Made by a program: the position numbers and the translations under genes
Shown here: piece by piece, positions 15,204 through 29,984 of the stretch
Numbering within the stretch: position 1 is the stretch's first letter
Layout of the letters: every line of letters begins with the position of its first letter
The notes under the pieces: model-generated
Database searches by the model: none
Told to the model about the DNA's origin: nothing
The model's input: the letters and a program-made list of their open reading frames with translations, nothing else
NCBI RefSeq assembly: GCF_009914755.1
Contig: NC_060941.1
Reading direction: 5' to 3' (one strand)
Source of the DNA: the human T2T-CHM13v2.0 reference genome, Homo sapiens
DNA length: 64,000 nt

Positions 15204-17256
15204 TGAACAGCCAAAGATAGAATGAATGGCATAGGTAGGTACTGAGCTCCCTGTAACTGGAGGTGTTCAAGTGTAGGGTGGATGGGCATTTATAGGGCAG
15301 GCATTGAGGAAGGATCTCCCTGGGATTGTGGATGGCAGGACAGGCCCTGTGGAGCCTTCTGAGCGGGTGCAGAAGAGGGAGGGCATGTTCCTGCTCCCTG
15401 CCCTTCCCGGGTTGCCAGGCCGCCACTCCCAACCTCCACCCTCTTTCCTTCCACCTGCTGGGCCTTACGGGATGGGCAGAGGCATTGTTAGAACATGGAG
15501 CCGCGGTCCACAGAGGGCCAGCAGGGAGGAGAGCTCCCTGGGGACCACGTCGCCTCAGTCACTGTGGTGACTTTGAAAATAAATGCTTTCTTCTCTGCTT
15601 GAGTCCCTGTTGTTCCTGCTGACGTGGAACTAGGGCAGGCTGGTGACTCAGCCCTCATCCCTGCACTGCATCGGTGGCAAGTTGCCTCCAGCCTCAGACC
15701 CCACAGAGCAGGGTGCCTTCTTGAGAAAAACAGTAGGGAGGCCAGGACACCAAGGGCCCCAGGGACAGCCTGTTTCTCCTGGCTGGCACGAGTTCTAGCC
15801 AAGCCTCCTGGTACCCTGGGGGTGAGGAGGTACCAGCTGTGTGCTTTAGTCACTGGCTGCTTTGAGGCTGGGTCGGTGCCAGGCTGGCCACTCCTTCTTG
15901 TCCCCTAGTGTGACTTTGCAGAGCTCCCGGAAGGGTCAGAGGGTTTTTTTCCATCACTGGTGTCCATGGGATACTGTGTCCCCATCTCATTTTTGTACTC
16001 CAGTCTCAGACGGGTGCTAGGAAGTTGGAGACTTTAGCCATTTCACGACTGTGTCTTGCGGGGCTGGAGTAGGAACAGGAGTAGGAGGAACGCTCTGGTC
16101 ATGGGACTGTGTGAAGAGAGAAGGATCAGGAAGAAAACATGAGCTATCATGTCTGGGTTATACCTCAGCAGAGCCGCTGGTGGCCTCCCAGGCATCTGAA
16201 TTTACTAATCACAAAGCTCACCAGGTGTGCAAATAAACAAATGCTGTTCAGGAGGCACAGCCAGGGTTCTGCTGGAGAGGGATCATCTTGGAGGGGTCAT
16301 ACTTTCCACCCAGTCCTTCAGTCCTTCTGTCCTGTGTGTGTGCAGCCCCTGACCACCACCATCCCTGCCCCCGCCACTTGCTCCCAGGGTTCCATCAGGT
16401 TGGATGTTATTGCAATAAAATGTAGCAACAGAAGGTCCAGGCAGTGCTGCAGTCCCTGGTGGTATCATCAGAGCCAGCAGGCAGCAGGGCTGGGGAACTC
16501 CAAGCTGATTCAGTCCCAAGTGCCGGAGCGGGGAGCTCGGATGAGGTGGGGGTGGGGAACCGGGGAGCCATGGAGCAGAGCATTTGCTGTGCTGAAGGCC
16601 AGGAGCCTCCTTGGGAGATCATGAATTTAGAACACTAATACTTTGTTTAAAAAGTCCCCTGCCTTGGAGATAAGAGCTCAGGCCGCTGTGGTCAGGTTTT
16701 GCTGTAAATGTTCTGCACAAAGCAGGCTGGGGGGATCACTGGGAAGTCTGGGGAACAGATTGGTCATGTGCTTCTTTGAGTGAAACCTTATGGTTGCATT
16801 GAAGCGGCCAGGCAGAGGGTGTGATGGGGTGTGGTAGCCGCACACCGGCTCAGTCAGGCTGAATGGGGAAATGCAAACTCAGGTGGCCTGAAAGAGACTT
16901 AGTGGTCCACAGCCTGGTGGCTGCTCCCAGTACAGGTGATGTAAAGAGAGAAGGGGTTCCGGGGGCTTGGCCCAGGTGGAAACCATGCACTGTCTGTGAT
17001 CCTGGGCATGTCGAGGCTGGAGCAGGTCTGCTTGGTGGCTGGCAGAACGCACATGAAGAATCCATGTGTGTTCTGAACGTCCCCTCTGCCCCTTTGGGCT
17101 CATGCCCCATCAGGAGTCTCCCGACTCTGCCATTCTGCAAAGGAAACTGCGCTTTGTCATTGCACAGGATCGAACAGGTGTGTGTGGAGTCCCTAAAGCC
17201 ACTGTCTCAAGGGGTCTCATGGGACAATGGGAGAGTTGCTGTGATGTTTAAGACTA

Positions 17257-17594
<338 letters not shown>

Positions 17595-17597
17595 AGC

Positions 17598-19108
<1,511 letters not shown>

Positions 19109-19149
19109 GAGGAGGGAGGTTCAGACTGATTCGCAGAGAGACTAGAGGT

Positions 19150-19290
19150 AGAAACACACCATGGTTTGGATGCTGAGGGTGAGGGAAAGAGAGGAGTCAA
19201 CAGTGGTGCCCGGAGACTTGGCTTGAGCAACTAGGTGGATGGTAGCACCGTTTCCTAAGATGAGGGGCTGTGGGAACTTGAGGGGCTGTG
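19150..19290. mobile_element. L2 fragment
   Basis: GAGGGAAAGAGAGGAGTCAA...TGGCTTGAGCAACTAGGTGGATGGTAGCACC motif. Confidence 0.6.
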
Positions 19291-19854
19291 GAAGGCTCTG
19301 CCACTGACGGACCCAGGGCTCGGCAGCTCTGGGAGGCCTACTTTGTGTCAGGCCACGCAGAGATAAGACCATCTGGGCCCTGCCCTTGGGAAGTCTCTGT
19401 CTATGAGGACACAGCCTGCCACCTAATGGGGTGTCCCGTCTGGAGCCTCAGTGTTGCTGGGAGAAAGCCCCCCACCTTCCTTCGCTCTCCGAGCCTCTTT
19501 TGCTTCCCTGCCAGCTGAGCCTCTCCATGGAGGCTGTGCCTGGAGGGGGGTCATGGATATGGATGTGTGCGCCAAACGCTGCTTCCTCGTGGATTTCCTC
19601 CCCACTCCGTTCCCACGCTTTGTAAGCTTCATTTCCCCGGGGCCTGACCTGTGGGGTTTCTCTCCAGACCTGCTCCTTCCCATTTCCAGAAAGGCGTGCA
19701 GGGGTTTCCTATGGCTCTCTTCCCTGTCCCCATCCCCCTTCCCTTGGGACAGTGATCTGCTGGACGGGTGGGCTACCCACAGGGTTTGTGATTGCTTAGA
19801 CATCTTTGCTGTATGAAGCTTTGACCTCAAGGCATGATGCAGATGGGAATAAGG

Positions 19855-20278
19855 CACGAGTTTCTCCTGGCTGCTGTAACAACTGTCGAAACTGGGTGGC
19901 TTATAGCAAGGGGAATGTGTCCTCTCACAGTTCTGGAGGCCAGAAGTCTGAAATCAAGGTGCCAGCAGGGCCAGCTTCCTCTGAAGACTCCAGGGGAAAA
20001 CCTTTCTTGGCCTCTTCCAGCTTCTGGTGGCCCCAGGTGTTCCTTGGCCTGTGGCTGCATCACTCCGGTCTCTGCCTCTGTCTTCACAAGGCCTTTTTCT
20101 GTGTCTCTGTACTTTCTTTTCTGTCTCTTAGAAGGACACAGCATTGAATTTAGGGCCCACCTTATCTTGAGATCCTTGCCTAAATTCTTTCTGCAGAGAC
20201 CCTTAAACAGAATCAGGTCACATTTGAGGTTCCAAGTGGGCATATCTTTGTTTTGGGGGGGATCACCGGCCCACTGTA
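19855..20278 (-). mobile_element. MLT1C-like solo LTR
   Basis: CTCACAGTTCTGGAGGCCAGAAGTCTGAAATCAAGGTG...TTTAGGGCCCAC. Confidence 0.85.
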
Positions 20279-23205
20279 GGTCTCGTTGTGCACTGAAGAC
20301 GCAGGCGGTCCCTTTGGCCAGGCCTGCAGTCGGTCTTGCCTTCTTTTGTGACCGTGGAAGAATGCACCTTGCTGGATGCACAGGCCTTTATAGTTCTTTT
20401 GTTCTTGCCAAATTTCAGCTCAGTTTCCTCTCTGCTGCCGGCGTGCATCTTCTCTGCCCAGTGCCCCTTCTGGGACTGTGTGTCCAGGCCCTGAGGCCCT
20501 AGAAAAGGGGGGTGGGGAGCCTCCTCACTATCCTGTAGCAATGAGGCCTCATTAAAATCCTGGAGCCCCAGACTGGACCCAGCCCTTAGCTATGATCAAA
20601 GGACAGCTCGGGATATGATTAAAGGGCTAGAGAAAGATGATTTAGGCTGAGAAAGAGGAGGCCAAGGAGCAACTGGATTGTCCTTGAATGTGGAAAAGGT
20701 AATTATGACTTGAAGGGTGGTGCCCAGCTGTTTCCCATCTCCTCTGAGGACAGGAAAAAAAAGGAAATAAATGATGTACAATTAGAGCAGTTGGTTAGAT
20801 ACGAGGGTGAACTTCCTGGCTGGGAGTATGGCCAAGCCCTGATTTGGGTTTCCTGAAAGAGCTCGGGGAACCTCCTTACCTGGAGGTTTCTAGGCCTGGT
20901 CATGTGGCTCTGAGTGATTACATTGAAGGGGCAGTGGCTGGGGCTGGAGCCGGTGGGCTCTGAGCACAGTCACGAAGGCATGCGCACTTTCTGGCTGCTC
21001 TCCTGCCATTGTCCCTTGGGTTCCCATTTTGGTGAGGCGTGCACCCTGGCGGCGCTCCCCAGGGAACTAAATATGTTTGCTGCACTGTGCGTGGAGATGG
21101 AGAATGTACAATTGGCTGACCCTGTGCTAATCTGGTGGAACTCCATGCCAGCCCTGGGAAAGAACAATTGCATGGGTGTGTCCACACTCACCAGGTGCTT
21201 TTTAGAAAAACACTCGAGAATAATGCTGTGGCTTAGGATGGCTGTTGTGCCGGACCCGGCATCTTCCCAGGGGGGCTGTGTTGTTGGGCTGAGTTTCTTA
21301 GGTACTGGACCCCCAAATCCCCAAATACGGCGTGGACAGGTGGCCCAGTAGGGGCTGGACTATCCGATAGGCCCAGGTGCTGGAGTTCAGACAAGACATA
21401 CCCTGGCCTGGCGTGGAAGATACGGGGTGCTATTAATGGCAGCAATGGCTGCATTTCTGAAACCCGGGCTCCCAGGCCGACGAGGGTGTGCACGCATCTG
21501 AAATGTCTGTGGTTTTGCAGTTCCCATGTCCACAAACTCACTTGGTTGAAAATAGTTCAAAATATCCAAAGCATGAGGGAGGGAGTGCCTGCTTTTCTTA
21601 AAAAGGAAGGACTTGATTTCATCTACTTAAAAAGCCACCCAAACCTAGAACATTTTCCGCAAGAGACCCCCTGCCCCCCGCCTCTCCAGAATGGCTGGAG
21701 AGTCTCAGCACTCCTGCACATTTGGGATATTTCAGAGGGGGTGGGGAGGGGCAAGTGGGCAGCGAGCGACCTCAGACCCAGGATGAGCTGTCAGGCGCTC
21801 CCCGGCCACACATTCAAGGGACCGGAGTGCAGTTGTAGCGTTGCGGCCTGCTGCTTCGGGGGTGGGGGTGTTGTTCCATGCTGTGAATTCTCACATGGCC
21901 CCTGACTCTGGGCAGAGGCCGAGGGTCTAAGGGACGGGGTGACAGGGAGAGCATGCAGGAGTGGGTTTCTGGCTTTCCAGGGCGAGTGGAAGAAGCGCCT
22001 CTCTCTCTTGTAGGTGACAGACCTGGGGGGCCCTTCTTGAGGATGAGAGCCTGTTGCTTCTCAAGTTCTGTGTCTAACCCAGGTCCCCAGGTCTACCCCA
22101 GCCCCTCGGCCCTGCCTGCCTTGTGGATGATATAGTTTAAGGGTAGAGACCGCTGGCCTGGAGGGAAGGCTAGGCCTCAGGTTAGGGCCCAGAAGGGAGG
22201 GAGAAGCCCTTGGGGCAGCTCCCTTTCTGCTCACTCACTGCCTAGCTCCTTCCTTCACACCTTCCTTCGGAAACGTCTGCTCCTGACAAGGTCTACTTCC
22301 TGCTCTCAGGAGGCCCTTATTGTGGAGGAAGGGAGGCGTCGCCCGTCCCTGGCTTCTCTGACAGCCGTGTTCCATCCCCGCCCTGTGCCCCTTCTCCCGG
22401 ACAGTGCCTTCTCCAGGGCTCACCCAGGAGGGTGCAGCGGTGGCCCCCGGGGCGGTGGTCGTGGTGGGGGTGTTAGCTGCAGGGGTGCCCTCGGTGGGTG
22501 GGAGTTGGTGGCCTCTCGCTGGTGCCATGGGACTCGCATGTTCGCCCTGCGCCCCTCGGCTCTTGAGCCCACAGGCCGGGATCCTGCCTGCCAGCCGCGT
22601 GCGCTGCCGTTTAACCCTTGCAGGCGCAGAGCGCGCGGCGGCGGTGACAGAGAACTTTGTTTGGCTGCCCAAATACAGCCTCCTGCAGAAGGACCCTGCG
22701 CCCGGGGAAGGGGAGGAATCTCTTCCCCTCTGGGCGCCCGCCCTCCTCGCCATGGCCCGGCCTCCACATCCGCCCACATCTGGCCGCAGCGGGGCGCCCG
22801 GGGGGAGGGGCTGAGGCCGCGTCTCTCGCCGTCCCCTGGGCGCGGGCCAGGCGGGGAGGAGGGGGGCGCTCCGGTCGTGTGCCCAGGACTGTCCCCCAGC
22901 GGCCACTCGGGCCCCAGCCCCCCAGGCCTGGCCTTGACAGGCGGGCGGAGCAGCCAGTGCGAGACAGGGAGGCCGGTGCGGGTGCGGGAACCTGATCCGC
23001 CCGGGAGGCGGGGGCGGGGCGGGGGCGCAGCGCGCGGGGAGGGGCCGGCGCCCGCCTTCCTCCCCCATTCATTCAGCTGAGCCAGGGGGCCTAGGGGCTC
23101 CTCCGGCGGCTAGCTCTGCACTGCAGGAGCGCGGGCGCGGCGCCCCAGCCAGCGCGCAGGGCCCGGGCCCCGCCGGGGGCGCTTCCTCGCCGCTGCCCTC
23201 CGCGC

Positions 23206-23270
23206 GACCCGCTGCCCACCAGCCACCATGTCGGACCCCGCGGTCAACGCGCAGCTGGATGGGATCATTT
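23206..23270 (+). other. Methylated-SEPT9 plasma biomarker amplicon region
   Basis: GACCCGCTGCCCACCAGCC...CAGCTGGATGGGATCATTT; its bisulfite-converted form matches my recollection of the published mSEPT9 primer and probe sites. Confidence 0.75.
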
Positions 23271-23282
23271 CGGACTTCGAAG
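23228..23282 (+). CDS. SEPTIN9: SEPTIN9 transcript v2 first coding exon (MSDPAVNAQLDGIISDFE plus phase-1 G)
   Basis: GCCACC-ATG at 23228; 18 codons match the known SEPT9_i2 N-terminus; donor AAG|GTGGGT at 23283; the phase-1 G joins CC at 51855 to give ...FE-A-LKRSFE in frame. Confidence 0.97.
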
Positions 23283-23358
23283 GTGGGTGCTGGGCTGGCT
23301 GCTGCGGCCGCGGACGTGCTGGAGAGGACCCTGCGGGTGGGCCTGGCGCGGGACGGGG

Positions 23359-23400
23359 GTGCGCTGAGGGGAGACGGGAGTGCGCTGAGGGGAGACGGGA
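23359..23400. repeat. Perfect 21-bp tandem duplication GTGCGCTGAGGGGAGACGGGA x2
   Basis: Read directly. Confidence 0.95.
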
Positions 23401-25869
23401 CCCCTAATCCAGGCGCCCTCCCGCTGAGAGCGCCGCGCGCCCCCGGCCCCGTGCCCGCGCCGCCTACGTGGGGGACCCTGTTAGGGGCACCCGCGTAGAC
23501 CCTGCGCGCCCTCACAGGACCCTGTGCTCGTTCTGCGCACTGCCGCCTGGGTTTCCTTCCTTTTATTGTTGTTTGTGTTTGCCAAGCGACAGCGACCTCC
23601 TCGAGGGCTCGCGAGGCTGCCTCGGAACTCTCCAGGACGCACAGTTTCACTCTGGGAAATCCATCGGTCCCCTCCCTTTGGCTCTCCCCGGCGGCTCTCG
23701 GGCCCCGCTTGGACCCGGCAACGGGATAGGGAGGTCGTTCCTCACCTCCGACTGAGTGGACAGCCGCGTCCTGCTCGGGTGGACAGCCCTCCCCTCCCCC
23801 ACGCCAGTTTCGGGGCCGCCAAGTTGTGCAGCCCGTGGGCCGGGAGCACCGAACGGACACAGCCCAGGTCGTGGCAGGGTCTAGAGTGGGATGTCCCATG
23901 GCCCCCATCCAGGCCTGGGGACATCCTCATCCGCCTCCCAGAATCGGGCCGTGGGGGACAGAAGGGGCCTGCGTGCGGGCAGGGAGAGTATTTTGGCTCT
24001 CTCCTGTCTTCGGGGTTTACAAAGTGTGTTGGGACTTGCGGGGCTGCTCTGTCCAAGCCTGGGTCTGGCGTCCGCGTCTCTGAGCCTGTGAGTGCGTGCG
24101 CTTTCCTGCGTCCTCGTGACTGCCGGTGCTGGGGCTCTGCGTCCTGCGTCCGCGGGAGTAAATACAGCAGGCGAAGGGGAAGCTCACACAATGGTCTCCA
24201 GCGCTCTGGGGCAGGGCTTCTGAGGGGCGGGCCTGCCTCTGCCGGGACCTGGAGCCCCCGCCCCTCGGAGAGGCTCCTAGGCTGACTTGGGCAGAGCCCT
24301 CTGGTGGGCCGGGAGGGGGAAAGGCTGTGTTGAAATGAGCAAACTGTCCAGGTGTCAGGCCAAGCTGGGAGGTGACCAGCCTGAGGTCCTCCCCGCTCCA
24401 TGGCCAGAACCAGGGCTGACATCTGGGTGTCCTGAGCCCAGCTGCCCACACGGCCCACCTGGGGTCAGCCCTATCTGAGTGGGGGAGGCGGGGCCTCCTG
24501 GGGGACCAGAACTTTGGCTGGACGCCAAGCAGAGTGCCAGTGGCTGTTCTTCAGGGCTGGGCCTGAGGAGGGTGTGGGGCGGCGAAGGGACGGGAGGGGG
24601 TTGTGATCCAGTGGCCACTGGCGCTGTGCAGAGTGTGAGCTGGAAACATCGTAGTTACTTTGTCAGCTTAGTGGTGAAAGCCCTTTTTCAGGCTCTATCC
24701 CTTTGCATCCCTGCTTCCCAGAGGGAGGGGAGGTCTGGGTCTGCAGAGCTGGGAGGGCTTGCTGTTCCCGCCCCCCTCCCCCACAACACCTCCTCATCTG
24801 GACATCTTTGGGCACATGCTCATACTGGGGTCTCCCTAGGTCCACTGTGTTCCGTTGAGCCTCCTGCAGTCCCCGAGTGAATGTGACCTCCCTGCCCCTG
24901 CCTCTTTGCAACTCTTCCCTGCGACCGCTCCTCCAGGGGCCTTCCTTGTCCCAAATGTCCAAGTGGCACGACTTAGCCGGTCTGACCACTTTCCAGTAAG
25001 CCCTTATGGAGAGAGGCCCTGTGTTGTGCAGAGCTCTCCTCCTGCCTGCGGGATCGAGGTCTCTGCTCTCAGTTCCTAACAGAAAGTGTCGGGCCCCCAG
25101 TGGGATTTCTGGGGAAGAACTCTCGTGTCTCAACGGGAGCCCTGTGGCGGGAGGGGAGGCCAGGGTTTGGGGTTGTGTTCGTTGTACAGCTGTCACCATT
25201 TGCACTATGAAAGTTGTTAGTGCCCCTTCCTTGGGTCTCTGGGTGTAACTCCACCCTTGCCCCCATGTGCCTCCATCTGGAGCTGCTTCTGCGGCTGTCT
25301 CCCAAGCCAGTTTTGTGACCCTGTAATTTAGTCCAAGACAATGGGCTCATTGAGACCATCCTGGTGCAGCAGTTGGCAATCCTTTGGCTCTGGGGGAAGG
25401 TTTCTCAGTCTCGGGGAGTGGGGCCTCAATCTGCTGGTTCCCTGTGTTTATCAGTCTCCCCCTTGTGTGCCCTGAATGGTTTTGCTGGGAATTCTGGTCT
25501 TAGAGCCATCAGGTGGCCCGAGTCGATAGGCGTGAGAGAGTGTGTGTGTGCATGAGTGCGCATGTGCATGGGGGCTGACCTGGGGTATGGAAAGGTGGCC
25601 CTCCCTGGTGCCCAAGGAGCCTGGAGTATAGTTGGAGGGTGTGGGGGTGTGTATATGGGAGTTGGACAACCTTGGGTGGACAGACAGACGTGGGGAAGGG
25701 ATGATTGAAGGAGGTGGAGGAGAGAGTGTGATTCAGCCCAGCCAGGGGTGATGTGGACAGGCAGCTTCCGAATGAGGGTAGAGAAAAGTCACCACTAGCT
25801 AGCAGGGGAGAAGTCAGTATGGAGGAGGCGGACCTTGAGGGAGAGTAGGAATTGGATTGCAAGAGGAAG

Positions 25870-26128
25870 GAGAGCCTTCTGGCCAGCAGCAGCCAGCAGC
25901 AGTGGGGGAGGCTGGAATGAGCTGGCTGGAGAGGGGGCTGGGGCATAAGGAGGGGCCTGCCTGTGAAGATCATATGGGCCAGGCTGTGGAGGGCCAGGCA
26001 TGCCCGCCGGGAGTGCAGCTGGTCCACGGGAAGCATCTGGAGTGGCTGGGAATGGGCGCAGGAGCAGCGCCGTGGGAGCACAGGTCTCTTTCCCGGGGCG
26101 GCTCACCTGGTGTCTTGGTTCCTGCAAG
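25870..26128 (+). other. SEPTIN9: Probable non-coding alternative first exon of SEPTIN9 (v4-type 5'UTR) with uORFs
   Basis: Strong donor AAG|GTAGGC at 26129, about 2.9 kb downstream of the v2 exon; ATGs at 25917, 25974, 26000 and 26052 are all out of frame with SEPT9 after splicing; the 5' boundary is from recollection of annotation, not visible in the sequence. Confidence 0.6.
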
Positions 26129-29100
26129 GTAGGCCGAAAGGGTGGGGAGGAAACTGCCAGCTCCTTACAGCGCTGGGATGGTGGCCCCAGGGTTCCTGAG
26201 GCCAGCGGATGTGGGTGCCTGTCACCATGTGGGTTGCTGAGGGGCGGAGACTCCAGGGGCCACCCCAAAGCAGGACGAGCTCTGAGCCACGGCATCTCTG
26301 GGGGCAGTTTTCCAATCGAGCAGACGTCTAGGCCTGGAATCCTGTAACAGAGGCCACAGGGCCCTGATCAGGGTGTTCTGGGAGGCTTAGAACTAGTGGC
26401 AGTATACAGGGTAGACGGCAAGTGACCTGGCATGGGGAAAGAGGCAGGTGCCCAGGCCGGCACAGCACACCCGTAAGGAACAGGTAGACGGGAAGCCATC
26501 CGTGGGCCTGTGTGTGTGCTCGGAGTTAAAATTCTGCCAATGTCCCATGTCCTGGGCACATCTACCCCCTCCCTGGGGAGCACCTTTCTCTTCACCTTTT
26601 CCTTCCCCGCCTGTCCCCTTCACCCAGGGCCTTCCCCATCCCTCCCGTCTTGGGGACCGAGGGCACCATGGCTTTATGTTCCATCACCGATGAGTTGCAC
26701 AGGGATTCAGTCCTTCCGCTGTTCAGGCCGGGTCCTTCAGGCTCAGGGTTCCCAGGAATGGAGAGGGTATCAGTGTCTTCCATGGACTCAAACTTCCCGC
26801 ATCCCGCCTTTGCTCCCTCTTCAAGATAGGTCTCCAAGCTTCAAGGTCTTAGGGCTCTGTGGAGGCCGCCACGTAGCAGCAAGGAGAATGTTTTGTATTT
26901 GGCTGATGAGATTTTTAGAGTCTCATTTTCTACTTTTCCACTGTACAAACGGGCCTCCAGGCGACTGCAGCACCCGCCACTGCCCGTAATAGGGTGACAA
27001 GAGGGATGAACCTTTCCTCTTTCTCCCTTCTGGTTGGTGGAGGCACGGGGCTGGCGGACGGCATGTGCTTTCGTGAATTCAGGCCAAATTGTTATCGCAA
27101 ACACGATTACAACTCGGGTCTTTGTGTAACAAAAGCCTTTCCAAGTACCAGCTGTTGGCCTGCTTTGCTCAGCGGTGTTTGCTGTAACCAGATTTGCACA
27201 CCGAGAAAGAATCCAAAAGTCCTTGATGTTTGTTGAAACAATCTGGCCCAGGACCCACGTGCTCAGATCCCAGAGCTGTGTGGCATCTGAGCTTCTCCCG
27301 AGCCCCCACTGTCGCCCGAGGAGGACCCCCAGATCTGTGTTCTGGAGGCAGAGCAGGCTGTGGGACGGGCTTCTGGGTGGGAAGGACCATGTGGATATGC
27401 CTTCTTGTCTGAGAGTCCCAACACCTCCGGGACGTGGGAGCTGGCGCGCTGGCAGGATTCAGGTGCCTCTTTCCTCTCTAGAGAAAAAGGCCCCGTTGCT
27501 TGGTAATAGGTGCAGACCTGTCCCTAATTAATGCCAGTAGGCCTCTTGCGTGATGAACCCTGCCTTTCAGCCAAGACTCAAGGCGTCCTGTGAATACTGC
27601 CTCTCTGCAGTTTGAGCTTTTGTGGTGGGAGGCAGGAGCCATGGGGAGTGGGGGCAGGCCTCTTACACGGGTCCCACAGCCACTGGCAGCACTGACTTGA
27701 TGCTCTTTGAGTTCAGAGCCCAGGGCCAGACAGACCCACTGTCCCGACTACGAGCTGGTTCATTTAGAGGGGGGCGGACACAGCACCCAGGCAGCAGATG
27801 CACTGTGATCAGCCTTGCAGCGGGGCTGTGGGTTCTCTGGGCTGGATGTCCGGGAAGAGGCAGGTGGAGGTAAACGCCAGGACACCCCTGCAGTGACTGG
27901 GTGACTGCAGGCTGGAAATGCTTTCTGTGGGCTGTGGCTGTCCAGGAAGGTTTTGAATGGGGCTAGTGGACAGAGTTTGCATCCAGAGGGGCAGTGCTTT
28001 GGAGGAGTGAGGGGTATGGCAGTGTAGGGATGCCCAGGCCGCCCTCACTCTGCCATTGGAAAGCTGGGCGGCTTCGGTTTCTTCAGTTTCTTCGCCTGTT
28101 TCCCTGCCTGCAAAGTGGGGTTAGAAACAGCTCTCTTTGAGGGTTGCTGGGGGACTCTGAGATGCAGCCCATGGCGCTGAGCACGGGTCCTGCCTCCTAC
28201 GGGTGTGGTGGGTGTCGCGGCTGGCGTGGCATCTGGGCGGGAAAAGGGGGCATTTGCAAAGGACAGGTAGGTTTGGATGCTTAAATATGCAGATCTGGGG
28301 ATGGGAGGTCTCAGGCAAGGGCCTGTGTGATGCCACTGTATGAATGAGGCCGGACAGCATGGTCACCACTAATTATGGAAAGCACGGCAGACACTAGTGC
28401 CAGTAGCGCCCGCCTGGGGGTCCCTCTGAGCCCGACAGGTACTCAGGCTCCCAGTGCAGCCATGGGACCCCCCTTTTCCTGCCTGGCTGACATTCTGGAG
28501 GCTGGCGTCATGTTGGCTGCAGGTTCCTCTTACTGGGAGGTTGTCCTGGTCTTCCCTGCCACCATCTACCCCCACCCCCACCCTGGAGTGTCACAGATGG
28601 GTGGACCATATGCCCATCTGCAGGGCCAAGCGCTGACAATGAGGTGAGCACTTGCTGGATGACCGGACCATGAGGACAGCGGGGGCGCTGGCAGCCTGCG
28701 TTCGGCTCTGCAGGCTGGCCTTTCCCTGAAAAGCGGTTGTGGCAGAGTGTGCATCCCAGGGAGTGGTGCCTGCTGCCCTGAACATTCTCATCCAGCAGGC
28801 CTCTGCAAGGGCCCAGTCAAGTGTGGTGCAGAGCTGGGCTGGCAGTTGGAACAGTCTCATCTTGTCTAGTGGTGAGACCAAGGGCTGATGGGCCAAGGCT
28901 GCGTGCTGCTTGCCCAGCCCGTGGACCCATCCACTGAGCACCCCCATACCCCTACACTGGGCCCGGGGTGTCAGGAGGTGGAGGGGGGACTGGGTGCCTG
29001 GAAAAACAAGCCCACCGAGAGCCTGAGCCCCCAGGGGTCAGTATCAGGCAGTCACCACGGTGCCCGGTACACAGTGGCCACCTGGTCTCGTCGGCTGTCT

Positions 29101-29984
29101 TGGTGGTGGAGAGCGTGCATGGTGGCCGTACGTGATGGGCATCACCCAGGGTAATACAGATATGCAGACTGTGCATTTGTCTGTAGGAGCCAGGGACTTC
29201 TCAGCCTGGCAACCTGTGACCTCTGCCTACCCGTTGGGAGAGAGGTGCTGTTCCCTGATAGCCTGGTGCCGGGAGAGCAGAACTAGGGTCTCCTCCTCCT
29301 TTCTCCACCTCCCATTTCTTACATGCCCAGGCATCAGGGGAGGTCACACTCAGGGATGAGTCTTGGCCACTGGGTTCAGGGCCTCACTGTTGCCATCTCT
29401 TCCCTTTGCCAGCCAGCCAAATGCCCGTCCATCATCGTGCCGGGGATGGGGCTGGCCTGCTCCTCTGAAGTCTCCTTGGTGTATAGCCTAGGCTGGAGCC
29501 CCGGATGATTCCGCCACCCCCTCCCCCAACTTTTTCTTTTTATTTTGATTCATCCCAGAAACCCAGCCAAAAACCAAGTTCCTGTGCTCTCCCTTGACAA
29601 AGCCACTGAGGAAAAATGGTCAAACACTGCCTTTCTTTCCAAAGCCCTCTTGGTTTTTCCCAAATTTGGAGGCTCTGAGTTGCTTATGAGACCAAAGGGT
29701 CCGGAACTCTCTGGAACACAGTCCCAGAAGTGGGAGGATTTGTCATCTCTCCAGCCAAACAGACCCACCAGTTGGCCCCTAGACACCCCCAGGCGCCTGG
29801 GGCATTTCTGGGCTCAGGCTGTTTAATTTGGTCTGCAGAGCCCCGAGGCTCCGTTTAGACTGGGCCAGCAGACAGTTCTAGAGACTTCAAGTTTGTTGTC
29901 GTTTTTAAAAGTCCTGCCAATGCCCAGAAACTTAGAGGGACAAGAAGATGACCTCGATGTCAGCCGGGACCATAAACAGTGAGG

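Larger units (their letters stand above)
22330..24270. promoter_or_regulatory. CpG island / SEPT9 v2 promoter
   Basis: Very high GC and CpG density, tandem GGGCGG boxes at about 23005-23050, no evident TATA box, spans the v2 first exon. Confidence 0.93.

Noticed and set aside
22235-24458. Many 240-280-aa ORFs on both strands
   Set aside because: Stop-codon scarcity in the CpG island; low-complexity products
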